Notes under the pieces: model-generated | The model's input: only the letters and a program-made list of their open reading frames with translations | What the model was told of the DNA's origin: nothing | Database searches by the model: none | Assembly: GCA_964463155.1 (NCBI GenBank) | Contig: CAYXAY010000010.1 | Coordinates: 1-21,949 of the forward strand | Source: an uncultured archaeon | GTDB lineage: Archaea > Iainarchaeota > Iainarchaeia > Iainarchaeales > CSSED10-239 | Length of the DNA stretch: 21,949 bases | Direction of reading: 5' to 3' | In this document: positions 9,601 through 15,000 of the stretch, one piece after another | Numbering within the stretch: position 1 is the stretch's first letter | How the letters are laid out: the number at the start of each line of letters is the position of its first letter | Made by a program: the position numbers and the translations under genes

Positions 9601-11267
9601 GTTGCTGCTGTTGAATAGGTTGTCATTATTCTCGGGTCCATTAGTTGGGACGATGCGGTTTCTGTTGCTGTGAATTCTTTGTAAGCATTAATTATACCAA
9701 ATCGCAAATATGAAGTGTTAAATCTGTTGTCATCAGTGTTTAAATATTGACCATTACTGTCTGCTACTTTAAAAGTGAATTTTGGAGTCTCATTACTATA
9801 GAACACATTTTTTGTTGGGTTCATTACAAAATGATAAAGATTTGGATTACTTCTGATCCAAAGATTTGTGTCATAAAAAGTTTCAACACTGACGTCATTC
9901 TTTGCAAGTTTTTGTATTCTTCCTGTTGAATAAACTGGATAGATGTATCCGTTTTCCTCTGAATCAACCCACAAGTCGATAGGGCTTGCTTGAACTGAAC
10001 CTGTGCCGTATGCTGCTGTGCTTGCGGGAAGCCAAGATCTCCAGTTTACCCAGCCTATTGTTCCATCTGATTTTTTTATTTGAATTATTGGTCCGCCATT
10101 TATTCCTGCACCGCCAAGAGTTGGAGACTGGACAGCAATATAACAATTTACTGAATCGCACATTATCTTATTGTATTGTCCATAAACATAATGGTCGTCT
10201 ATTCTTTGACTTCTCCATACTAACACTCCTGTAGCAGAATCTAAAGCAAAAGCATAACCGCCAAAAAACGGACCAAGGACTGTGTTGTTAAGCCCTTTTG
10301 CAACAAACACTCTTGAATTATCACAAGCTATTCCGTTTGCTGATTGAGTGACAGAATCATCTGGATCTGAATTCCAAAGAGTTGCGCCAGTTGTGTAATC
10401 ATAAGCTAGAATATTTCCGTCAGCATAAGCAACAAAAACCCTTGTATTATCGGGGCTTATACAAATGTCGTTAGCAATTGATGCTCTTGCTGTGGGCGCG
10501 AATGCAGAAACTAGAGACGGTGTTGTTGTTAGATTTTGATATTTTCTTGGAGCTGTGCTTGCTGCATAACCAATAAATGCAAAACCACTTGAAATCGCAA
10601 TAGTTTGCGCATTGGCTGCTGCAGTAGTAAACGCGGTTGTTCCTGTACAATTGGACATTAATGTTCTTCTAAGGTTGTTTGATGTTGCTGCATAAGTTGT
10701 ATAAATAAATGTTCCGTCTGTTGCTATGCCATTGCCTGTGATTGCTACACCAATATTTACATTACAATCTCTTGCACCAGTTGACATATTGAATTTTTCA
10801 ATACCCCCTGTTGTTGTTGTTGATGTTGAAATTACATAACAAGAGGTGCCATCACAAAAAATCTTATTTTTAGAAGTTGCATAATCACCGCCAGCATTCC
10901 AATACATTGTTGCAGAAATATTGTTTGCTACAGAAAAGTATTGTTTTCCAGGGGACAATCTAAAATCATAAGGAACGGTCCAATTAAATGTAAAATTACC
11001 ATCTGCATTTGTTGTAACTAATCTTGGAAACCCCCATTGTTCATTGTAACCATCCCACCATGCAGTATTTGGTTCTAAATTGTTTTGTAAAACTAAGGTT
11101 GTGCTTGGAGAAAACCCTGTTCCTGTGATTACTACGGTGTCACCTATATGGGTTTCGTTTTTATCAATAGAAAGATTTCCTGCAAAAACAAAATTTGAAA
11201 AAAATATAAAAAATAAAACCCCAGTTATAATTTTATAAAATAAATTTAGACTAATTTTTGAATGCAT
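639..11267 (-). CDS. Giant (about 3540 aa) secreted cell-surface protein with a C-terminal membrane anchor (adhesin or S-layer-like fibre).
   Basis: Uninterrupted ORF 639..11303. I prefer the ATG at 11267, which gives MHSKISLNLFYKIITGVLFFIFFSNFVFA, a canonical signal peptide, over the upstream TTG at 11303. Domain order by eye: Ig-like, beta-propeller repeats, long unassigned W/Y/F/N-rich region, Ig-like sandwiches, heptad stalk, CARDB/NEW3-like sandwiches, TM helix plus SRRRKK. N-x-S/T sequons are very frequent throughout. Confidence 0.9.
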   Translation of the reverse strand: MHSKISLNLFYKIITGVLFFIFFSNFVFAGNLSIDKNETHIGDTVVITGTGFSPSTTLVLQNNLEPNTAWWDGYNEQWGFPRLVTTNADGNFTFNWTVPYDFRLSPGKQYFSVANNISATMYWNAGGDYATSKNKIFCDGTSCYVISTSTTTTGGIEKFNMSTGARDCNVNIGVAITGNGIATDGTFIYTTYAATSNNLRRTLMSNCTGTTAFTTAAANAQTIAISSGFAFIGYAASTAPRKYQNLTTTPSLVSAFAPTARASIANDICISPDNTRVFVAYADGNILAYDYTTGATLWNSDPDDSVTQSANGIACDNSRVFVAKGLNNTVLGPFFGGYAFALDSATGVLVWRSQRIDDHYVYGQYNKIMCDSVNCYIAVQSPTLGGAGINGGPIIQIKKSDGTIGWVNWRSWLPASTAAYGTGSVQASPIDLWVDSEENGYIYPVYSTGRIQKLAKNDVSVETFYDTNLWIRSNPNLYHFVMNPTKNVFYSNETPKFTFKVADSNGQYLNTDDNRFNTSYLRFGIINAYKEFTATETASSQLMDPRIMTTYSTAATLPNPTPFNNLKFMFDEFDSGIFCQTATYPDKLFGWHINNRYCLYENMPVSTNLLHTQNGVKLASIANYFLVNPKSWSDYPITKTYGEDKWAWISSHNPTNNQILGYATRFGKNNNLWSNQLGQSTVFANDAAKNSIQDFFDASIDSWNESYFLTKPLGAGTDGNRHWNYIDEDTKKIAHPIIVSQGQNQSGSFVIGTNIYSNRIDFIATEPGIISRTNEPFWFDVNFTNGIKSNCSDLIVTDHTNTPIGLFQLDSEVCAPDNNYTLFIQDNFSLSQTKQYRLYYNSLTAAISPTGQTDLIVTFVSGTCGAGTDIIDINSTNWYKWSQPGVGATASNQFAFNFGGYAATWFNHATTRYSLNIGYLNSQSTGTGLGLTTNTTGAAQATFASRCYQRSYNRDKIFTRIDMNTGNFTVSPHSPTPGNPNATSPQTRIIMTRWYFFNNTGRIRMMSKLNSPLPIMTTGISQNYPPYYFIAVFALIPQGTATVANNNYVDWSGRKELMDAFIPAVYSPDKKTATLTASPLPLQFTIDYNNTFSNVSSAIGKTGKGCTVHKVWPYFSWRPNSPTDTTNAATFATAYTTDFISCDSNLSSVIPDVGNLGYVNAFPKESIYRTAHNRYVDPNAIAKFYLKPNLYIPDNRENRWMPPLSLSSQYNTTAKLSTFILDVCPTEEYGYKGYDDFLMDLENLISNSSTRKVETSRNNIPCATSVVIFSTSVGSIGRYLLFQRDVNVVVAENAKPERPYPSNLYINNILNINGVLDYTETQRGAQFYGKWFFTSSSDPMVISGYATTGAEQLSGFTRYAWAPSFAYNKKAYSETKIWNKEDSNLTYLQSPCNWNIGANPFGDLDLGPGWIKNFSTTQQGTICPRREDNKEQYSSFRPSVASLYPTSGSLSTAIENVIDGRPNKVTTLPDLGIDAALYTRHNSLWDYKHYTDYTQIIDSHDQLNEGTKHKNIQPWQCDFSRFDSRSFCLVPATTSTLIFTFFAGALTASQPWSAYYQSNREYNRLRNYLHNVWFNTAAMQPTNDFMTEILINPMLSGSEFTFDTLYTSNNPDDYNQLMSRVFPRLQDALYQNQFLLRDWKNTAFMILSGGDSREYLRGNTIRVNGFMMKNSDNLANAPIIVQVFKNSAPTVPLTTFQTTTDANGNFIYDYNIPTTAQAGLYFFKATYNNGEITGTTSFKISSLAINLSLNQTAFVAGNQVIVNATVTDAIIGSLITNAILSLRLIGPSGNVLLTTPMTNNNNGTYTHNFILDSNTTNGTYVLEIIAMTSNNTGTIIGSFVVSSAVSEILITNNHSFSDANTTTITQNITLQNVIANNLSNYIVSAEVSEGIDRTQPVTVLLNNSLLTSTTNYLDLNSSNYLIHTNSQNKPIIYIKQNFVTNESKALKIVGTNKYFKDIQTDYNSANNYSSELAGYCLVLLAPASQSDCNYANSYLTSINSYYSQAQTATTAGRYYDLKILTQNTLQQYLIRLNSLRSIATNQARCQIFVPGTWSLNSTVSLTALMIGPSNTPVTSLSPIVKLYDYDHNLLNNYNLTEFGGGWYYKSFTAPSTGGGYNLKIDQNIGTNRFLCAASFDVNQATSSVIGGGGGGLTTDQNQTLYMIYFLALDINSMINSINGTVNTINSTVNNINSTVNTINTNVNVINTIVSSIDSNVNYIKTNMATSANISALNTNIQSILNYSMEINSQVHSSSNTLSQLQASLLDINSTINSIRTTAIDINRTINTCESSPQASICGKLNGLTTNLSDMNAVLNNINSTTQTINSTNNIISQNIIDLNNVTNNIYSTVTTINSTSNLLNSKLSLIDGNIQSLKTNISSLEDLLSCSTSPENSVCDRLINLNIVVSNINQAIIDQNALLQQILAINQDINQNISTINTTLSTMNNTLNTINSNVASINLTILNIDSNVSYIKGNMASTGDIASLDSTLQSILNYSQDINSTVTSSEAQLHLISSTLTNIDNNVNYINTATSNIQEIINTCSSAPAGGVCNQLASLYNDLQDMNNTLLGMSSTINNIDSTTLTITQTVNDLNDTAGNIYSTVTDINTTSKFILAKVTGIETDTQTIQTEILNIQTSLNCANNSLQHSVCNNLSNISSLISDVNVGTQLSLLGITNFLSTLEYNQGSIQLSLSGIISDLNNLSCADENVLPLCANINEITLLINSLFSSINSLDSGIVDLNATMNQVSNTINNIDSTTTASLTSLTDLTKNVNYLATDVTQIKSEILTTQTMVTATNNNLVNLLNNLSQNLTDVNLSNNLSLLNILTSLSTIQSNQLTIDGNLSLIYNNLNCAGNPDSNICISLQTIIGSTNNLGASVLDLNQAMNVIGNNVLDINSISTNTFLTISDLNNSTSTITSSIQGINTNLTTTSNNIKTINQRLTDINSKVTDINKTVTDTNTTIGQTNNAVSNISSSVSSISGGIIDINNTLKDINASQSSISAALLQMQALLADINDTTNNIYINELSKFTVVLSDFDRLAPGSIYRAKLWAFDHNGSPRNADAVPTITLYDPSRNLVVNNVPMTLSETGIYTYNFTSTTGQIAGVWEAIATTTVKGVTTKPSDFWELTGNPPEVKIIAMTDVTVPTITANVLITNEGTTTQEYQYEYCIVFDQTNQCGGNDDIDYSSGAKLISPGQSWTTNLTLLTQNVGTYWFKVKVYYGIEMSAASKMFVAINQDTNQGGGGSGGGGGSASGGSSGGITGFINMPIDGGQISLFEYPSEMVVKQGDIEFYVLKIKNTGDDVLKDLEITLRNIPKEWYTIEIDKTNLLPYEEANVIIKLRIPEDAKIGDTLISFIIKTKGGLVSVDSVSRILEKSLAEIKFDDIRVSKLYINSSGEIECILQNTSNDEQNISVSLLAPKDWSIDIDEYKFTFKKGETKKIIFKVMTSYRSGVQNLVLVVKNNKGTNFSGTTEDKLYKEILVVVNTRENTRGFIMYHPTNIYIGASVVILVLFIVGYVAGSRRRKKYKPLGYNNSIFDRIVGLR
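714..773 (-). other. C-terminal transmembrane anchor followed by a basic cytoplasmic tail.
   Basis: IYIGASVVILVLFIVGYVAG, then SRRRKKYKPLGYNNSIFDRIVGLR. I saw no LPXTG or PGF motif before it. Confidence 0.8.
800..1490 (-). other. Two tandem CARDB/NEW3-like (COG1470-type) beta-sandwich domains next to the membrane anchor.
   Basis: GDIEFYVLKIKNTGDDVLKDLEITLRNIPKEWYTIEIDKTNLLPYEEANVIIKLRIPEDAKIGDTLISFIIKT and GEIECILQNTSNDEQNISVSLLAPKDWSIDIDEYKFTFKKGETKKIIFKVMTSYRSGVQNLVLVV. Each shows the typical pattern v-N-t-G-...-l-...-v-p-.-g-W-...-l-.-p-G-e-...-v-.-v-.-v-P. Confidence 0.5.
1497..1553 (-). other. Gly/Ser-rich flexible linker (GGGGSGGGGGSASGGSSGG).
   Basis: Read directly from codons 1497..1553. 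This is locally the most GC-rich stretch I noticed in the window. Confidence 0.85.
1890..2189 (-). other. Ig-like domain immediately after the stalk.
   Basis: FTVVLSDFDRLAPGSIYRAKLWAFDHNGSPRNADAVPTITLYDPSRNLVVNNVPMTLSETGIYTYNFTSTTGQIAGVWEAIATTTV. Confidence 0.45.
2190..4800 (-). repeat. About 870-aa Asn/Ile/Ser/Thr/Leu-rich heptad-repeat (coiled-coil-like) stalk with a large internal duplication and six Cys-loop interruptions.
   Basis: Heptads such as INSTVNT INSTVNN INSTVNT INTNVNV INTIVSS. Anchor motif IDSNVNYIKTNMA (I codon 4632..4634) recurs as IDSNVSYIKGNMA (I codon 3876..3878), an offset of 756 nt or 252 aa. The following about 250 aa align by eye. Cys pairs lie at 4377..4406, 4083..4112, 3621..3650, 3324..3356, 3135..3164 and 2691..2720. 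Confidence 0.75.
4615..4765 (-). repeat. Imperfect 21-nt (one heptad) tandem repeats within coding sequence.
   Basis: The minus strand reads ATC AAT GGA ACA GTA AAC ACA / ATT AAC AGC ACA GTT AAT AAC / ATC AAT AGC ACA GTA AAC ACC / ATT AAC ACA AAT GTA AAT GTA / ATC AAC ACA ATT GTA AGC AGC / ATC GAT TCC AAT GTT AAT TAT. Confidence 0.75.
4815..4832 (-). other. Hexaglycine hinge at the N-terminal boundary of the stalk.
   Basis: Codons ccc acc gcc tcc ccc tcc on the plus strand encode GGGGGG on the minus strand (VIGGGGGGLTT). Confidence 0.85.
4850..5140 (-). other. Ig-like domain immediately before the stalk, homologous to the one after the stalk.
   Basis: SPIVKLYDYDHNLLNNYNLTEFGGGWYYKSFTAPSTGGGYNLKI parallels PTITLYDPSRNLVVNNVPMTLSETGIYTYNFTSTTGQIAGVWEAI at 1890..2189. 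Confidence 0.45.
5740..6310 (-). other. Two tandem Ig-like or carboxypeptidase-regulatory-like beta-sandwich domains.
   Basis: PIIVQVFKNS...TTDANGNFIYDYNIPTTAQAGLYFFKATYNNGEITGTTSFKISS, then NQVIVNATVTD...LRLIGPSGNVLLTTPMTNNNNGTYTHNFILDSNTTNGTYVLEIIA. These have the alternating beta-strand pattern typical of such folds. Confidence 0.5.
8745..8945 (-). other. Possible DUF2341-like beta-sandwich segment inside the unassigned central region.
   Basis: FWFDVNFTNGIKSNCSDLIVTDHTNTPIGLFQLDSEVCAPDNNYTLFIQDNFSLSQTKQYRLYYNS resembles my memory of the DUF2341 pattern (D-i-r-f-t-D ... l-p-y-e-i-e ... v-W-V ... i-y-l-Y-Y-G-N). Memory-based only. Confidence 0.25.
9900..10880 (-). other. Beta-propeller region (PQQ/BamB-like blade repeats). 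Boundaries approximate.
   Basis: Recurrent blade-like motifs: IFCDGTSCYVIS, IATDGTFIYTTY, ISPDNTRVFVAYADGNILAYDYTTGATLWNS, IACDNSRVFVAKG...GGYAFALDSATGVLVWRS, IMCDSVNCYIAV...IIQIKKSDGTIGW, GYIYPVYSTGRIQKL. Confidence 0.55.
11178..11267 (-). other. Signal peptide of the giant protein.
   Basis: MHSK n-region, hydrophobic core ITGVLFFIFFSNFVF, and an A-G boundary (VFA/GNLS). Confidence 0.7.
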
Positions 11268-11309
11268 ATTATTCCAAATTAAAGATTTAAATTTTAATAC
11301 CAATAATTG

Positions 11310-11330
11310 GTTTATTTAACTTAAATAAAC
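11310..11330. promoter_or_regulatory. Perfect 21-bp palindrome GTTTATTTAA-C-TTAAATAAAC in the divergent intergenic region upstream of the giant gene.
   Basis: Arms 11310..11319 and 11321..11330 are exact reverse complements. The centre lies 53 nt upstream of the ATG at 11267. A TTTAAAT box (minus strand, 11292..11286) lies about 22 nt upstream of that ATG. The structure is certain; its function is inferred. Confidence 0.45.
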
Positions 11331-11424
11331 TTATATATTATGTTATTAGGTATTTATAAATATATTTTATCTATTATTTTAATATGTGTATTTATAGCAA
11401 TAACTAATAGTAACTGGAAAAATT

Positions 11425-12096
11425 ATGAACTCTATTGAAAAAATATATAACCGATTGTTAACAGATTATGGGAGACAAGGCTGGTGGCCATTATCTGATA
11501 TTGGTTATCATCCTGGAAAATATTATTTGATTAAAACACATGCACAAATATTTGAAATATATGCTGGGGCAATATTAACACAAAGTGCTTCTTGGAAAAA
11601 TGTCGAAAAAGCAATCTATAATCTTAAAAAAAATGATTTGCTTAATCCTAAAGCAATAATTGAAAAAGACCAAGAAACAATAAAACATGCAATTAAATCT
11701 GTTGGCTATTATAATCAAAAATATCAAAGACTCGTTGATATTTCTAAATTTTATTTATCTTTAAAAGATAGAATGCCTACAAGATCTGAACTTCTTTCTG
11801 TTAAAGGAATTGGAAAAGAAACAGCGGATTCTATTCTTTTATATGGTCATAGAGAACCAATCTTTGTTGTTGATGCTTATACAATAAGAATACTATTAAA
11901 TCTTAAAATTATCAAGAAAAATGCAAAATACGAAGAAATACAGAAATTATTTGTGGATAACCTTCCAAGAGATTTCAAGATTTATCAAGAATATCATGCT
12001 CTTTTAGTAGAACATGCAAAAAGATATTATACTAAACGCACAATTAAAGAAAAAAAGAATAAAAAGATAATTGATCCCTTAATTGAAATTATCTAA
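11425..12096 (+). CDS. HhH-GPD superfamily DNA glycosylase, endonuclease III-related (COG2231-like). It has no C-terminal Fe-S cysteine cluster.
   Basis: Helix-hairpin-helix LLSVKGIGKETADSILLYG followed by PIFVVDAYTIRIL (Asp codon 11872..11874). WW motif YGRQGWWP near the N-terminus. The product contains no cysteine at all. Confidence 0.8.
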   Translation: MNSIEKIYNRLLTDYGRQGWWPLSDIGYHPGKYYLIKTHAQIFEIYAGAILTQSASWKNVEKAIYNLKKNDLLNPKAIIEKDQETIKHAIKSVGYYNQKYQRLVDISKFYLSLKDRMPTRSELLSVKGIGKETADSILLYGHREPIFVVDAYTIRILLNLKIIKKNAKYEEIQKLFVDNLPRDFKIYQEYHALLVEHAKRYYTKRTIKEKKNKKIIDPLIEII

Positions 12097-15000
12097 CTTT
12101 ATTATAAAATTCATTAAAATTATCTAATAATTTGGTGTGATAATTAGGATCTTCTGCCCATGTTCTTGCAACCTCTCTAACAGTCAGTCCTTTATAATGC
12201 TTGGTTCTTACTAAATTAACTAATGTTGCTTCAAAACCAGCATGTAATGTTGGATAAGTACAAAAGTCGCTATTTCTTACTTTGTAACCGCCACATGCAC
12301 AACCAGCATAAGACTTAATTCCTGTCGGATTATTATTTAAAACTAATGCTCCATTTTTATAATTCCCTGATAACACATTATACATTGATTTTTCATTTTT
12401 AAATTTAGCTAATACAAATATTGGGTCTACTCCATAAATAGCACATAAATTATATAATGTAGGAATTGCGGTCGTAAATTTTTCATGTGCGCGATATCTA
12501 TTTGGAATAGGTTGAGAAATTTTTATAATATCTTGATAAGACAGAGATGGTGTGCTTAGAACAATAACACTATCTAGATTTCGTCTAATATTTCTTGCTG
12601 TTGCTAAATTAAGATTTCCAGAACTTAATTTTCTAAGTGATTCTGCATTTGTTGTATAACAATTATCTGTTCCAGTTTTTAAACTTGCAATCACCTGTAG
12701 AGGGGCTTTTTGTTGTGGAGATCTTTGTTGATTGTTTTGTGACCTTTTAGTTTTAAGTGTCATCACATTAGGCAATTTTCCTAAAACAAATTGCTCTGTA
12801 TTTTTTTCCTGTAAATCTAATAATTGAGAATAACTTGTTTTTGAATTATAGATATAAACATAAGTTCCGTTTTGTACATTGTTAAACAAATTAATAATAT
12901 CATTATTTAACATTCTTATACATCCATGAGATTTTTGTTGGCCCATTGAATTTTCATAATTTGTTCCATGTATGTATGTTCCTCTGTAAATTGTATTTCT
13001 ATTCCCACTATCACAACCAACACCTAAATTCTCTTTTTCTAAACCGTCAAGAACAAGTTTTCGTGTAACGATTTTTGCAGTTCCTGAATTTAAACTTGCA
13101 AATACTGGAAAACCGTTATTTGTTTCAGGCCCATTTGCCCCAATTACTTGCAATGGAACTGCATTTTGACCGGATTTTTGTATAACTCTAAATAATCCCA
13201 AAGGTGTTTTTAAACTACCAGTTTCACATCCAAATCCATTAACTCCCGTAGATATTGGATATTCAGAAATAATTTGTGTTTGATTATTTAATTTTTTTAC
13301 TAAAAATATTCTTTTATATTTTCCTAATATTATTATCATTGGATCTTGAGAAACTAATCTAATTCTTTCATTAATTTCTGACATTGAATTAGTATAATTG
13401 GTTTTATAATATATATTAAATTCTTTTTGTAAGATCCTATCATAAACTTCATTTAATTCTCCATACATATTGTCATTTAATACCGTTCTTTGAGTTGAAG
13501 AAGCCAGTTCAAAAGAATTATAATAATCTAAAATATAATCTGGCAAAATTGTATTATTTACCTCCATAGACCCAAAATAAATAGATCGCTCTCTTGCTTT
13601 TGCTCTTAATTTTTGATATAGATTATTAGAAATAATAACTTCTTTTATTTGTCCATCTTCATAATATCCACAAGCATTCTTTCCTCTTGCTGTTGTTTTT
13701 AAGAAAACATCTAATTTTTCTATTTTTAATGTGCTTCCCCAAGAGTGTATAATATAATGATTAGAACCAATTTTTCCTAGATAAACAACAACATGACTAT
13801 ATTCTTTATTCCAATAACTTGTGTTGTTATGTTTTATACCAAGAATAGAACCCGGAACTAAAGAATCATAATAACTTTTATTTAAAGTTCCAACTGTTGT
13901 TTTCCAGATACTTTTGTTATTTGGTTGCATTGCTAAATCCCACGCATTTGCAGAATCAAATCTATATCCAAAAAAATAATTATTGAAATTTTTAATAAAT
14001 GCAGAACAGGAATTAACTCTTGGATTAGACCAATAGCTTACACAGTTTGTGGGGGTGTTTGGAACACAAGTTGTATTAAATCTGGAATAAAATCCGCCGT
14101 TTGGTGTTTGCGCGGTTTTTGAAACTTGACAAATTAAAGATTCGTTACAATTAAACAAATCTATAAATTCTTTATTTAGATTTGGTTCAGCCTTTAATAA
14201 TTCCTTGTATGCAAGCCCATAATTTCTAAAAACATCTAAATTACGAATTTCAATTTGATTTTGTAATTGAGTATTTACTAAATTCATTTTTTCATATAAT
14301 TCGTTTCCATTTTCTGTGTAAATCGCAAGGCTTGTGTTTACCTGAGAACCTGTATTTTGTGTTAATTGATTAGATAAAGAATTACTTTCATTAATTACTT
14401 TATTAAATTCATTATATGCTATAGATTTAATAGAATCCAATTCTACAGCTATATTTTTCCAAACACTAAAACTATCTTGCGAAACTAAAAAACAAAATTC
14501 TCTATTTGATATTCCATTAATTAATTCTGATAAATTAAAATTTATTTCCGGAACAATAATTTTGTAAAGATAAAGATTATCAACTACAGAATAATTTAAA
14601 TGCTCTAAATTAAATAACAATAAATTTGTTGATTCAATAATTAACGGATAATCTCTAAATATGGGTTTTGGGGGATAAATAATTAAGGTGTCTCTTGTTT
14701 GATCTTCTATATAAATTACAGAAATATTTTGCAAATCTATAGGCACATATTCTTTTCCGTTATAATTTTTTATTGTAATTTCGGTGTCTTGTTCTTTAGT
14801 TATTATCACCGGGCTAGTATAGTTGATTGAAATATTTGAATTTAAAACAAAAAGTTTTCCATTTTGCAAATCATTGGTTGTATCTATTTGATTAATATTT
14901 TTAGATTTTATTGAATCTGTTTGACTTAAAAAATCAGAATTAAAATTATAGCTAATTGGATTTATTGATTTATAAAATAATGGATTATATGAATAATATC

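Noticed and set aside
6995-10234. Further short ORFs overlapping the giant gene (6995..7201, 8224..8415, 8812..9003, 9747..9929, 9986..10234 on the plus strand; 9964..10161 on the minus strand in another frame)
   Set aside because: Same reasoning. They are embedded in a much longer ORF with coherent domain structure and show no independent coding signals.
11268-11303. TTG start at 11303 given by the ORF track for the giant gene
   Set aside because: The ATG at 11267 yields a canonical signal peptide with a short basic n-region and sits about 22 nt downstream of a TATA-like box. The extra 12 residues (MVLKFKSLIWNN) add nothing recognisable. This is not excluded, only less likely.
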